From contig JAITVV010000080.1 in assembly GCA_031285625.1 (NCBI GenBank), positions 55,902 to 119,901 of the forward strand: a stretch of 64,000 bases of DNA. Reading direction: 5' to 3'. The notes under the pieces are model-generated. The model worked only from the letters and a program-made list of their open reading frames with translations. It was not told where the DNA came from and searched no databases. Of the stretch, positions 29,602-39,936 are shown piece by piece. Numbering within the stretch: the stretch's first letter is position 1; each line of letters begins with the position of its first letter. The DNA comes from Prevotella sp. (GTDB lineage: Bacteria; Bacteroidota; Bacteroidia; Bacteroidales; Dysgonomonadaceae). Position numbers and translations under genes: made by a program.

Positions 29602-31576
29602 GATTATAGGTTACACTCAATACTTTAAACTCTGTGCGGCGATTTATCTGGTCCGCCATTTCTTGTTGCTCAGGTGTTAATCCCTCAATGAAATCCTCAG
29701 TGAGTATTTCGCCCTCTTTAAGGAAATCATACTTCTTAATTACAGCCTTAGTTACATTTTTTGGTTGCGATTTTCCTTTTCCAACGGCTGTAAGCCGCTC
29801 TTTGGCTATACCGGCAGCAATCAGATAGCTGACTACCGATTCTGCTCTTCGCTGAGATAGTTTAATATTATATTCGTCAGATCCTTTTCTGTCAGTATGA
29901 GCTGATAATTCGATCGTAACATTCGGATTTATATTGAGCAGATCTATTAACCCATCGAGCTCTTCTTTCGATTCAGGACGTAGAGTTGCTTTATCGAAGT
30001 CATAGAATATATTCTCCAATACTACCGGCTTATTGATAGGTGTGAGGATGAAATCTATCAGGTATGTTGAATCCTTCTCTGTGGTTATGGTTTTTAGCGA
30101 CATTCTGGTATTCAGATGATCTTTTGCACTGGCAAGGAATACATAATCTACGCCTTGATTAACGTCCATTTTATAGGTTCCATCATTCTTCCCCGGAAAT
30201 CTCATATTAGTACCGTCTCTTCCCACTACACGTATTGTTGCATTGGTTATAAATTCGTCATCAGTATCTACTATATAACCTTCCGCAACTGTAGTTATTA
30301 CAGGGTAGACAAAGGAATAGATATGGTCAAATCCTTTTCCATCTCCTCTGTTAGAACTGAAGAACCCACTTTCTTTCTCTCCTTCAAATGTGATTCCAAA
30401 ATCGTCACCTTGAGAATTTATCGGTGACCTCAGGTTTTCTATAGTCCAGCTTTTTGTCTTTTTGTTATAATCAGCCTTATATATGTCCAGTCCTCCCATG
30501 CCAACATGCCCATCAGAGGAAAAATACAGAGTGGAGTCATTTCTCATATAAGGAAACATTTCATCTCCTGCTGTATTTATATCCGGTCCCAGGTTTTCCA
30601 CGTATTCTACCAGATCGCCAACCATACTTGCCCGCCATATATCTTTACCGCCATGTCCCCCTGGCATATCTGATACAAAGTATAGGAACTCTCCAGATGG
30701 AGTGATAGTCGGATGTGCATAAACGCTGGTAGAATCTCTTTTATTGATTTCTATCTTGGTCCCTGCTCCCCAAGATCCGGAAGAACGATAAGAGACGTAG
30801 ATAGCCGGAAAAGAGGTATTAATAGAATCTAGTTTCGTCTGAGTGAAATACATGGCTGTACCTGATGCTGAAAAAGATGTAGTACCTTCATCGGAAGAGG
30901 TGTTTATTGCTGATTCAAGATGTTCCGGCTTCATCCAGTTACCACTTTCATCCTTTCGCGCCATAAATACGTCGTTGAGTTTGGACCCCGTAATGTTGCT
31001 TATTGTATCTCCGATCACTTCATCCCTGTTTGATGTAAAATATAGTTGGTCGTAGTCCGGAGGAAGTAACATCGGGCTAAATTCTCCTCTTCTCGAATTT
31101 AGCAATTCCATCCTCTTTACGGTGTGAAGAGTTGGATTTGCTTTCCATTCGGGAGCTATCTTAGAACCTTCCAGTCCATTAAGAGCAAACTTATTATTTG
31201 GGTACAGTTTAAGGAAATCAGTATAATATTTGATGGCCTGTTTGTAATCTCCTGCTTTTTGTAACGATCTGGCATATTGCAGGTTGATGGTGCTATCATT
31301 TACCTTATAGCGAACAGCGTTTGCATAAGCAGCATTCGCCCGTAAAGGGTTGTTGATAAGGCGATAACTTTCGGCCATCCTGTGAGCAATCTCTCCCCGG
31401 AATTCCCTTTTCTTAGCAGGGGTTTGACGATATATCTTTCGATACATATCAGCTGCTACAAAGTACTCGCCTTGTGCAAATTTCCGGTCTGCATCTTCCA
31501 ACTTGACCTGTTTGCAAGACCATACAGATAATAGTAGTGTGAGAATTCCCAGTGTATAGGATATATATCTTTTCAA
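29594..31576 (-). CDS. porE: PorE-like lipoprotein (TPR, PD40 beta-propeller, carboxypeptidase-regulatory-like and OmpA_C domains)
   Basis: Lipobox VWSC; TPR helices; repeated LYF.S..GG.D PD40 units; NIFYDFDK, HTD..G...YN..LS.RRA, NRRTEF. TTG start. Confidence 0.85.
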   Translation of the reverse strand: MKRYISYTLGILTLLLSVWSCKQVKLEDADRKFAQGEYFVAADMYRKIYRQTPAKKREFRGEIAHRMAESYRLINNPLRANAAYANAVRYKVNDSTINLQYARSLQKAGDYKQAIKYYTDFLKLYPNNKFALNGLEGSKIAPEWKANPTLHTVKRMELLNSRRGEFSPMLLPPDYDQLYFTSNRDEVIGDTISNITGSKLNDVFMARKDESGNWMKPEHLESAINTSSDEGTTSFSASGTAMYFTQTKLDSINTSFPAIYVSYRSSGSWGAGTKIEINKRDSTSVYAHPTITPSGEFLYFVSDMPGGHGGKDIWRASMVGDLVEYVENLGPDINTAGDEMFPYMRNDSTLYFSSDGHVGMGGLDIYKADYNKKTKSWTIENLRSPINSQGDDFGITFEGEKESGFFSSNRGDGKGFDHIYSFVYPVITTVAEGYIVDTDDEFITNATIRVVGRDGTNMRFPGKNDGTYKMDVNQGVDYVFLASAKDHLNTRMSLKTITTEKDSTYLIDFILTPINKPVVLENIFYDFDKATLRPESKEELDGLIDLLNINPNVTIELSAHTDRKGSDEYNIKLSQRRAESVVSYLIAAGIAKERLTAVGKGKSQPKNVTKAVIKKYDFLKEGEILTEDFIEGLTPEQQEMADQINRRTEFKVLSVTYNLE

Positions 31577-31679
31577 GACTTTTTACATCTAAGTTATTAC
31601 AGTCTACAAATATAACTCATTTCCTTGTAGAATATTGCTTTTATGACATGGAAACGTAATCAGGATGTAGTATATCTCC

Positions 31680-31806
31680 AAAAAGTAACAAAGCCGAGAG
31701 GTAATAATTATCCCATTTATTTAAGTTGTTGTATGCCAGTTTTGTATTGTGAAAAGGTGACAAAGGTAACAGCTTTCAAGCTATTTTTGCATGTAACTTT
31801 TTGTAT
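31680..31806 (-). repeat. GTYAC-rich dispersed repeat, copy C (inverted relative to A and B)
   Basis: Reverse complement reads AAAAAGTTACA...GAAAGCTGTTACCTTTGTCACCTTTT...AAATGGGA...TTTGTTACTTTT. Confidence 0.75.
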
Positions 31807-31838
31807 TATCATCCTTTTTCGAGAAATACAGAAAATAA

Positions 31839-31870
31839 TAAAGCAAGGAATCAAATCAATCCTTGCTTTA
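31839..31870 (-). terminator. Terminator downstream of recA
   Basis: TAAAGCAAGGA...TCCTTGCTTTA inverted repeat with A/T-rich flank. Confidence 0.65.
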
Positions 31871-31900
31871 TATAAGATAATTTTATGTATATTAAATACT

Positions 31901-32926
31901 TTAGTTTTTCTTTTCCTTCAATGCATTGAATATAAGCACTTCCAGTTCATCAGCCAGTTCGGGATTATCTTTTATTACCTCTTTTGCCGATTCACGGCCT
32001 TGCGCTAATTTAGTATCGTTGTAGCTGTACCACGAACCACTTTTCTTGATAATACCCAGTTCCGATCCTAAATCAATGATTTCTCCTGAACGGGAAATGC
32101 CTTCACCATACATGATGTCAAATTCGGCTTTACGGAACGGAGGAGCCACCTTGTTTTTTGCCACTTTTACACGGGTCTGGCTACCTTTTACTTCGTCCCC
32201 GTCTTTTAACTGTCCTATACGGCGTATATCAAGACGTACAGATGAATAATACTTCAGGGCATTACCTCCGGTTGTTGTTTCCGGTGAACCGAACATAACC
32301 CCGATCTTATCACGCAACTGGTTGATAAAAATACATGTTGTACTTGTCTTATTGATTGCTGCAGTAAGTTTACGTAATGCCTGAGACATCAAGCGTGCTT
32401 GTAATCCCATTTTAGAATCACCCATCTCACCTTCCAGTTCGGCTTTTGGCGTAAGAGCTGCAACCGAGTCTATAACAATAATATCTATTGCTGACGAGCG
32501 GATAAGCTGTTCCGCAATTTCCAGAGCTTGTTCTCCGCTATCAGGTTGTGATATATAAAGATTTTCAACATCTACACCCAATTTCTCTGCATAAAAGCGA
32601 TCGAAAGCATGCTCAGCATCGATAAATGCAGCTATACCACCTGCTTTTTGAGCTTCGGCGATAGCATGTATCGCTAAAGTAGTTTTACCTGAAGACTCAG
32701 GGCCATATATTTCCACTACTCTGCCACGTGGGTATCCACCTACGCCAAGAGCAGCATTTAATGCTATTGAACCTGTAGAAATAACGGCTACCTCATCGAC
32801 TTTTTCGTCGCCCATTTTCATTATCGAGCCTTTACCGTAACTCTTTTCAATTTTGTCCATTGCAGCATGCAGAGCTTTTAGTTTCTCTGTATTTGGTGCT
32901 GCTTTCTTTTCTTTTTCTTCTGCCAT
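31901..32926 (-). CDS. recA: Recombinase RecA
   Basis: [46 protein letters not shown]. Confidence 0.99.
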   Translation of the reverse strand: MAEEKEKKAAPNTEKLKALHAAMDKIEKSYGKGSIMKMGDEKVDEVAVISTGSIALNAALGVGGYPRGRVVEIYGPESSGKTTLAIHAIAEAQKAGGIAAFIDAEHAFDRFYAEKLGVDVENLYISQPDSGEQALEIAEQLIRSSAIDIIVIDSVAALTPKAELEGEMGDSKMGLQARLMSQALRKLTAAINKTSTTCIFINQLRDKIGVMFGSPETTTGGNALKYYSSVRLDIRRIGQLKDGDEVKGSQTRVKVAKNKVAPPFRKAEFDIMYGEGISRSGEIIDLGSELGIIKKSGSWYSYNDTKLAQGRESAKEVIKDNPELADELEVLIFNALKEKKN

Positions 32927-32958
32927 TATTTTCTTGTAATTATATGTAAGTAAACTTA

Positions 32959-33417
32959 TTATAGATCCAATATCTGTTGCGCGTGCTCTTTTGTCTTTAT
33001 TTCTTTTGGAGTGATTATTTTTTCTATTACTCCCTTTTCATCAATGAGGAAAGTTGTGCGGAATGTACCCATATATTTACGTCCGGCAAGAGTTTTTTCT
33101 CCCCATACACCAAATTGCTCAACCAGTTTTTTGTCTGTGTCTGCTATCAAAGGGAATGGCAACTGTTGCTTTTCGATAAACTTTTGATGAGATTTCTCAC
33201 TGTCTACACTGACACCTAATATCTGATACCCTGCTTTTCTAAGTTGAGAGAAATTATCCCTGAAACTGCAAGCCTCTGCTGTACATCCCGGTGTGCTGTC
33301 TTTAGGATAAAAATAAAGTACAAGCTTAGTACCTGCATAATCTGCAGCTTTTACTTCTTTTCCATCCTGATCTGTTCCCAGTATATCAGGTATTTTATCT
33401 CCTATACTCAACGCCAT
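32959..33417 (-). CDS. bcp: Thioredoxin-dependent peroxiredoxin Bcp
   Basis: [16 protein letters not shown]. Confidence 0.95.
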   Translation of the reverse strand: MALSIGDKIPDILGTDQDGKEVKAADYAGTKLVLYFYPKDSTPGCTAEACSFRDNFSQLRKAGYQILGVSVDSEKSHQKFIEKQQLPFPLIADTDKKLVEQFGVWGEKTLAGRKYMGTFRTTFLIDEKGVIEKIITPKEIKTKEHAQQILDL

Positions 33418-33419
33418 AA

Positions 33420-33944
33420 TTATTCTATATAAAATGTTTTTTCGTATGTACTTTTTTTATCTCTTACTATATTTCTCAAATCTATCGTTTGATTAGAGAC
33501 ATCAGTAAATTTAATAGATGCATTATTGTATTCTATTGCATCTGCATTAGGATCATCTCCAAGTATCCCCAGATTTTCCAAAGCTTCGACCTTTGCTTTT
33601 ACCGAATTGATATAAGTCAGAACGGCCAGTTGATATTCTTCTCCCCCTTTGTAGATAGGAGTTGTTTTTACTATATCGAGGTACTTGTCAATTTCTTTAA
33701 AAGCCTCTGTTTTTCCTTTACGTAGGTCTGCGCTTATCTTTTTATCCCATACATCCTGTACTTTTTTCTCATATTCGGAGTATACTGCATCACTATAATT
33801 AACCGCATCTAAAAGTAAATAATTATAATGCTTTTTTGAATCTCCTTTATTTGTGTTCTCTACCACACGTTTTACTACATTCTGAGCATTCATAACTGTT
33901 GTAACGCTCAACATCGCTAATACGATGAATAAATACTTTCTCAT
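33420..33944 (-). CDS. Hypothetical secreted helical protein
   Basis: Sec signal peptide; tight operon spacing with bcp. Confidence 0.7.
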   Translation of the reverse strand: MRKYLFIVLAMLSVTTVMNAQNVVKRVVENTNKGDSKKHYNYLLLDAVNYSDAVYSEYEKKVQDVWDKKISADLRKGKTEAFKEIDKYLDIVKTTPIYKGGEEYQLAVLTYINSVKAKVEALENLGILGDDPNADAIEYNNASIKFTDVSNQTIDLRNIVRDKKSTYEKTFYIE

Positions 33945-33983
33945 AGCTCGTTTTGTTTGTTTGTTTTTATCTTTAGTCCAATT

Positions 33984-34559
33984 TTAATTCACTACAAACC
34001 ATTTATCATTTACAGGTGGAGCATATTTCTCCATCTTGTTTAATAAACAATCTATTTTATCGTCTACTAACAATAGATCCTGATATTCCTCTTTGAGAAA
34101 ACCATTTTTAATCATTGTTTGCGACATTGTTATCAATGGATTGTAATACCCATTGGTATTTAATATAGCTACCGGTTTCTTATGCAAAGCTAATTGCGCC
34201 CAGGTAAGCATTTCAAATAACTCGTCCAATGTACCATACCCGCCAGGAAGAGCGATGATTCCGTCACTTAGGTCGTTCATCAATGCTTTTCTTTCGTGCA
34301 TAGTTTCCACTATATGTATTTTGGTGAGTCTGGTATGTTCCAGTTCCTTACTTTTCAGAAACTCAGGAATTATACCTATCACTTCTCCTCCGGCATTAAG
34401 CGCTCCGTTGGCAACATATCCCATAAGTCCTACATGAGCTCCCCCATATACAATCCCATAACCACGTTGTGCAATTGTTTTTCCCAATAGTGTAGCTTGT
34501 TCTGCATATACGGTATCATTACCGGAAGATGAACCGCAAAATATAGATATATATTTCAT
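33984..34559 (-). CDS. LOG-family nucleotide monophosphate nucleosidase (TIGR00730-like)
   Basis: FCGSS, YGG..VGLMG, MHERK, PGGYGTLDE. Confidence 0.92.
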   Translation of the reverse strand: MKYISIFCGSSSGNDTVYAEQATLLGKTIAQRGYGIVYGGAHVGLMGYVANGALNAGGEVIGIIPEFLKSKELEHTRLTKIHIVETMHERKALMNDLSDGIIALPGGYGTLDELFEMLTWAQLALHKKPVAILNTNGYYNPLITMSQTMIKNGFLKEEYQDLLLVDDKIDCLLNKMEKYAPPVNDKWFVVN

Positions 34560-34718
34560 TCAATAATTCTTTCCTTTCTTAAGAAGCAAAGATAATAATA
34601 TTCTCAAATAATTTTAATAATAAAATATGCTGTTGAAAACTTTTGAATGATTTATCTTTGTTTAGAAATGATCTGTGAAATGATTTTCTGTTTTACAGAA
34701 AGAAAAAACTTATATGAT

Positions 34719-35213
34719 ATGAAGTTTATTTTATTTTTAATAAGTCTCATTTTATTATTTTCAGGTTGCCAGTCGGTACCCAAAACAGTCTCAAAAACGG
34801 AAGGATGGCATAATATAGCTGTTACCGAAGATGTTGAAATCTTTACAGATACTACAAGTATTCGTCAGGAAGGAGCCGTAGCATATGCCCGTGAAAAGAG
34901 AATATATGTTACTGTAGATGGCCGTAAATCGTATGTGGATAAAATAAGGAATGAATATGCCAAAATGGGTAAAGCTGAAAAGGCTGATAAGTGGAGCGAT
35001 TTTAGCTACTGCATATATAATAGCCTGTATGACTGTACAAACAAAAGATTCAGAGTCTTATCTGTAGAAGACTATGATTCGGCAGGGAAGCTAATAATGA
35101 AAACTACTTCTTCCAAAAAAAATATAAGGTGGTTGAATGTAGACAGTGAAACGGTAGGCGATTATACTTTCTTTTTTGTCTGCGATTATCAGAACCGATT
35201 TGTTATAGAATAA
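34719..35213 (+). CDS. Lipoprotein, surface-adhesin E-like
   Basis: Lipobox FSGC; W..IA...IF.D..SI, YDC...R, YD..G, C-terminal FVC. Start moved to ATG 34719. Confidence 0.6.
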   Translation: MKFILFLISLILLFSGCQSVPKTVSKTEGWHNIAVTEDVEIFTDTTSIRQEGAVAYAREKRIYVTVDGRKSYVDKIRNEYAKMGKAEKADKWSDFSYCIYNSLYDCTNKRFRVLSVEDYDSAGKLIMKTTSSKKNIRWLNVDSETVGDYTFFFVCDYQNRFVIE

Positions 35214-35228
35214 GAAAAGAGTAGGGAA

Positions 35229-35612
35229 CTACTCCTTTTCTTTTATACGTATAAGGCGCATTATAATTTTATTCGGATCGTCTTTATCTACTACGGTAAG
35301 GATATCATCTTTTAGTATAAACCGGTGTGTTTGTTGCTCTCCCATTCTGCCGGTAACAGTGATCAGATTGTCTTGGATAGAATAGACACCCATACACTCA
35401 CTCCTGGCTATTACTCCGTTTGTACGTACTTCCATATACATCGTATCCCGTTCAAATCTTAGTTCGGGTGCAACGATAGTATCTCCTCTGACAACAAAGG
35501 CTGTATCCTGATTATGATCCATCTCCATAGCCCATCTTCCTTCTATTGTAGGACGGGTACTACAAGCCATAAGTACGATTACAAATGAAAAGCAAAAAAA
35601 CAGTCGTTTCAT
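35229..35612 (-). CDS. Lipocalin-like lipoprotein
   Basis: Lipobox LMAC; IEGRW; G.Y.I.D..I. Confidence 0.65.
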   Translation of the reverse strand: MKRLFFCFSFVIVLMACSTRPTIEGRWAMEMDHNQDTAFVVRGDTIVAPELRFERDTMYMEVRTNGVIARSECMGVYSIQDNLITVTGRMGEQQTHRFILKDDILTVVDKDDPNKIIMRLIRIKEKE

Positions 35613-35825
35613 TATTATATGTTTAAGTATGATATCTCTGTCTGTAAGACGATGTGAAGATATTAAAAAAAGTTGAATTACTGTTTTCTCAGGTATTTAA
35701 CGATATTAAAAAAACGTTATACACGTTATTTATGGATAAACAATTGACTTAACTTGATTGTTATTTTAATAAATAAGCTATATTTGTTAAAACGAAAATG
35801 TATAACTCATAAAATACAGCACATT

Positions 35826-36128
35826 ATGAAAGGATTTATATTAGGATTGGCTGTTGGTGCACTAGGTGTATATGCAGCATTGAAACTATCAGATGAGGAA
35901 ACAAGGGAAGAATTGCGTTCCAGAGTGAATAATGTTACTGATAAGGCAAAATCTGAATTAGATTATGGTCTTACTGTAGGTAGGAGTAAAGCATTACGTG
36001 CTGGGGTAAAAGCAAGACAGGAAGTAAGAAAAGGTAAGCAGAAAATTAATCAGGTAACTGGTGATGTAGCCGGAAAGTTAGCTAGTGAACTGTCTGAAAT
36101 AGAAGCAAAGGCGAAAGCTAATGCATAA
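35826..36128 (+). CDS. YtxH-like small membrane-anchored protein
   Basis: GFILGLAVGALG anchor then charged helical region; start ATG 35826. Confidence 0.65.
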   Translation: MKGFILGLAVGALGVYAALKLSDEETREELRSRVNNVTDKAKSELDYGLTVGRSKALRAGVKARQEVRKGKQKINQVTGDVAGKLASELSEIEAKAKANA

Positions 36129-36152
36129 ATTGACAAAGTAATAAATTACTAT

Positions 36153-36190
36153 AAAAAAGGATTATCTGATACAGATAATCCTTTTCTTTT
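36153..36190. terminator. Bidirectional terminator
   Basis: AAAAGGATTATCTG-ATA-CAGATAATCCTTTT. Confidence 0.8.
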
Positions 36191-36197
36191 TATGTTT

Positions 36198-37112
36198 TCA
36201 CTCTCTTATCAATGGCAGAGTAGAACATCTGAGTAATCCCCCCATCTTTGATATTTCGTAATATGGGACTGTTTCTACGGTCAACCCCCATTGATCAGCC
36301 ATATGGCGATTGAGTCTCTTAAAGTTCTGCTCACTTACCACTACCGAAGGAGATATAGAAAAGACATTGGTATTCATATAGTACATTTCTTCTTGTGTAA
36401 TATCAAAAATATTTTCCTTTCCGAAAAAGTCTACTACAAAATTATAATCTTCTTCATGCTTGAATCCTCTCTTGTAAATGATGGCTTTTCCTTTACCGAC
36501 AGGCATGAAAGTACAGTCGAGATGCAGAATCCCTTTGCGTGGATCTGTATCACTCTTTTCCAGTTCCAGTGGAACAAATACTTTATTAGGGAATAACTCC
36601 TTTAGAAATGCAAAAGCATAGGCATTTGTACGTGCTGTTTTGAATTCAGGATAGTCTCTTTCTGTATACGTCCCTACAAAAACAGTGTCTCCGTATAGCA
36701 CTACATCACCACCTTCTACATGGGCCTTTTCGGGCAGATTGTATATCTTGTTGAATGCAATCTCGCTATATATAGGGGCATACGCCTCTTGCTCGTCAGC
36801 CCGGTCAGGGATAATGTTGGATGTGATTATCATATCATCTATAACAAATGCTACATCACGGGCATATACCTGATTGCAATTGGGTAATATAAGCGGGCGG
36901 AGTACTTCTACTCCGTATTTAACAAGAACTTGTTCAAAAGCTGTCATTTCAGCAGCTATGTCTTCTTCTTTCGGATAGGTTCCGTTTTGTATGGTCTCGT
37001 ATGATTTCGCATCATATGACTCATCTAGGGTGGGCACTTTGCCTAAAGAATAAGGCTGCCCTAAGACTACAGTTCTGAGCGTTGAAGTCTCGTTTTGGAT
37101 ATTCAGTATCAT
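36198..37112 (-). CDS. Amidinotransferase / dimethylarginine dimethylaminohydrolase-family protein
   Basis: YARD, EGGD, LHLDC, GGLLRCST (pentein catalytic residues). Confidence 0.85.
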   Translation of the reverse strand: MILNIQNETSTLRTVVLGQPYSLGKVPTLDESYDAKSYETIQNGTYPKEEDIAAEMTAFEQVLVKYGVEVLRPLILPNCNQVYARDVAFVIDDMIITSNIIPDRADEQEAYAPIYSEIAFNKIYNLPEKAHVEGGDVVLYGDTVFVGTYTERDYPEFKTARTNAYAFAFLKELFPNKVFVPLELEKSDTDPRKGILHLDCTFMPVGKGKAIIYKRGFKHEEDYNFVVDFFGKENIFDITQEEMYYMNTNVFSISPSVVVSEQNFKRLNRHMADQWGLTVETVPYYEISKMGGLLRCSTLPLIRE

Positions 37113-37176
37113 AATCTTCTTATTTGATACAAATATACAGTTTTCAAACGGTAATGAAAAAACAATAGGGTGATAC

Positions 37177-37755
37177 TTATTTCAATATAACAGTTACCCC
37201 TTTAGCACCGTGGGCTCCTACAACGAGAGCCTGCTCAATATCAGCTGTTTTAGAGGGACCGGAAATAAATACTCCAAAACCGTAATCATTAAATTTAAGC
37301 TGGTTATATGCCTCATGCATATTGTTGACTATATCATTTCTATCCAGAATGATAATAAGGTATTCTGCGATAAAGTAAATGACTTTTTCTTTCACATTCT
37401 GCGGTATCCATACACAGCCATTTTCTGCAACACCCAGTTCTCCCTCTATTATGGCCAAATCAATACCATTTAAATCATGGGGTGACTGCACATCATCCGG
37501 ATTGATTGCTGTCAGGCTGATGTCAGGCAGATTGGAAGCTATTGTCTTAGCTTCCGGATATAGGGCTCTGATCAATTCATTTATATCATCTTTCCCATCA
37601 TGGATAATCGCATCTCCTCCAACCGATTTGCTGATCTCAATAAATTGTGCTGTCTTATCTGCATATTGGATTCCCTGAATATCAATATCCGGCATTTCAT
37701 ATTGCGTATTGATATGGCGCCTTATATTCTCTAATATGTCTTTCTTATTACTCAT
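37177..37755 (-). CDS. lutC: Lactate utilization protein C (LUD domain)
   Basis: GVAENG, ISGPSKTADIEQ.LV.GAHG. Confidence 0.9.
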   Translation of the reverse strand: MSNKKDILENIRRHINTQYEMPDIDIQGIQYADKTAQFIEISKSVGGDAIIHDGKDDINELIRALYPEAKTIASNLPDISLTAINPDDVQSPHDLNGIDLAIIEGELGVAENGCVWIPQNVKEKVIYFIAEYLIIILDRNDIVNNMHEAYNQLKFNDYGFGVFISGPSKTADIEQALVVGAHGAKGVTVILK

Positions 37756-37757
37756 AC

Positions 37758-39137
37758 TTAACTTTGTTTATTCTGTATTTTCTCCTTTTTCCACATTTCC
37801 GTGAATGTTTCTTTTGAGAATCGAGGCAATTCCCTTCCTTTTCCCCAATCGTTTAATCCATTGTATAACATAAAGCGGGGTAAATGATTTATTACAGGAG
37901 CAAATTTCAGACTAGTGTTATATAATCCCGGATGAGTAAATATAAATTTCATGCCTGTTGACATCAATTTTTTCATTTTGTCTGCCTTGTGCAACGAGTC
38001 AAGATCTTGCCGCCACCTATATATCTGATCGGCTAAATCTATCTTTACTGGGCATACATTGTTACATGAATAGCATAGTGAACAAGCTGATACATTATCG
38101 GCATATTCCTGTGGAGACTTGAGCATCCCAAGATTGATCCCTATCGGTCCGGGTATAAAGTAGGTATATGAATATCCTCCGCTTCGGCGATATACAGGGC
38201 AGGTATTCATGCAGGCTCCACAACGGATACACTTTAATGTCTGAATATGTTCTTTATTTCCCAGTATCTCGCTTCTGCCATTATCAACAAGTATAATATG
38301 CATTTCGCAGCCTTTGCGTGGTTTACGAAAATGTGAGGTGTATGTAGTTACAGGCTGTCCTGTAGCAGAGCGTGCCAGTAGCCTGGTGTATATACTGAGT
38401 GCTTTGTGGTTGGGTATTACTTTCTCCAATCCCATGGATACAATATGTACTTTAGGGAGTGAAGTTCCCATGTCAGCGTTCCCCTCATTGGTACATACAA
38501 CGATATCGCCTGTTTCTGCTACACCGAAATTGGCTCCTGTCATAGCCGCATCAGCAGTTAAGAATTCATTTCTCAGATGTTGCCGGGCTGCACGGGTGAG
38601 ATAGGTAGGGTCGCTGTTGTCTTTTTCGGTTTGAAGCTTTTCTTCGAATAATTTACCTACTTCCTGCCTCTTGAGGTGGATTGCCGGCATTACAATATGG
38701 CTTGGAGGCTCGTTCATCAACTGTAGTATTCGTTCACCCAGATCGCTTTCCACAACATCTATTCCTCTTTCTATCAGGTAAGGATTTAAATGACATTCCT
38801 CGGTGAGCATCGATTTGCTTTTCACCAGCTTTTTTGCATTACGATCAGCCAGTATTTGATACACTATTTCGTTATGTTCTTTTTCATCTTTAGCCCAATG
38901 TATTACTACTCCGTTTGCTTCTGCATTTTGTGCAAATTGCTCCAAATACTTATCAAGATGGGTGATGGTATGCATTTTCACTTTGGCGGCGAGTTCCCGT
39001 AATTCTTCCCATTCGGGTATTAGCATAGCCATCCGGTCTCTCTTCTCCCGCACCATCCAGAGAGTCTCATTATGCCAGTTTTCCTGTTCTTTATTTCCGA
39101 TGAAGCGTTTTGCTGCTTCTGCATGTTTTGTACTCAT
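37758..39137 (-). CDS. lutB: Lactate utilization protein B (Fe-S)
   Basis: KSKSM, PSHIVMPAIH, TNEGN, CIRCGACMNTCP, CSLCYSCNNVCP. Confidence 0.93.
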   Translation of the reverse strand: MSTKHAEAAKRFIGNKEQENWHNETLWMVREKRDRMAMLIPEWEELRELAAKVKMHTITHLDKYLEQFAQNAEANGVVIHWAKDEKEHNEIVYQILADRNAKKLVKSKSMLTEECHLNPYLIERGIDVVESDLGERILQLMNEPPSHIVMPAIHLKRQEVGKLFEEKLQTEKDNSDPTYLTRAARQHLRNEFLTADAAMTGANFGVAETGDIVVCTNEGNADMGTSLPKVHIVSMGLEKVIPNHKALSIYTRLLARSATGQPVTTYTSHFRKPRKGCEMHIILVDNGRSEILGNKEHIQTLKCIRCGACMNTCPVYRRSGGYSYTYFIPGPIGINLGMLKSPQEYADNVSACSLCYSCNNVCPVKIDLADQIYRWRQDLDSLHKADKMKKLMSTGMKFIFTHPGLYNTSLKFAPVINHLPRFMLYNGLNDWGKGRELPRFSKETFTEMWKKEKIQNKQS

Positions 39138-39874
39138 ATTCCTGCAGCTAAGATTTGTATTACATGAATAAACTTAACAGGTAGGTTTTCCCTGTTGACA
39201 ATTCCCTGCATATGCATCAGGCATGAGCTGTCTGCCCCGGTAATATATTCCGCTCCGGTAGCAATATGATTATTCACCTTATCCTGTCCCATACAAACCG
39301 ATACTTCAGGCTCCTCAATGGAAAACATACCTCCGAAGCCACAGCACTCATCAACTTTCTTAGGTTCCAGTACTTCTATACCTTCCACTAAAGACAGTAA
39401 GTCTTTAATTTTAGAATAGCGGGGGATATTCAGTTCGCTGGCTGATGACAGATGTAATTCTCGAACACCATGACAGCTATTATGAATACTGACTTTATGA
39501 TGAAATTTCCCCGGCAGCTTATCCACCTTCAGTATATCATGTATGAATTCGCATAAATCATATATTTTCTCACTGGCCTGGCATAAGTGTCCATCCTTTT
39601 TCATCAGGCGGGGATAATTTTCCTTTACAAATACTGCACAACTGGCCGAAGGAGCAACTATATACTCATACTGCCCAAATAATTTCTCGAATTGCTTTGC
39701 CAAAGGAATTGCCTTTTCTTCAAAACCTGCATTGGCCATCGGTTGACCACAACAAGTCTGCCCCAGAGGATAATCGACTTCTACACCCAGATAATTTAGT
39801 AATTTGTATGAAGCAATTCCAACTTCAGGATAGATTGTATTTACATAACAAGGAATAAATAATCCGACTTTCAT
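39134..39874 (-). CDS. lutA: Lactate utilization protein A (CCG domains)
   Basis: QTCCGQP, H.SCH, ECCGFGG, DSSCLMH; start moved to MKVGLFIPC. Confidence 0.92.
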   Translation of the reverse strand: MKVGLFIPCYVNTIYPEVGIASYKLLNYLGVEVDYPLGQTCCGQPMANAGFEEKAIPLAKQFEKLFGQYEYIVAPSASCAVFVKENYPRLMKKDGHLCQASEKIYDLCEFIHDILKVDKLPGKFHHKVSIHNSCHGVRELHLSSASELNIPRYSKIKDLLSLVEGIEVLEPKKVDECCGFGGMFSIEEPEVSVCMGQDKVNNHIATGAEYITGADSSCLMHMQGIVNRENLPVKFIHVIQILAAGI

Positions 39875-39891
39875 ATTGATAAAGTTAAGTA

Positions 39892-39923
39892 AAAAACTCA
39901 AAGCTAATTTGCTTTGAGTTTTT
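39892..39923 (-). terminator. Stem-loop between aldA and lutA
   Basis: AAAAACTCAAAGC-TAATTT-GCTTTGAGTTTTT. Confidence 0.7.
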
Positions 39924-39936
39924 AATCTTATTTTAA

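Noticed and set aside
31643-32008. 121-aa plus-strand ORF
   Set aside because: Spans repeat copy C, the recA terminator and antisense recA.
31901-33417. bcp-recA linkage as a novelty
   Set aside because: Already described in Bacteroides; ordinary synteny.
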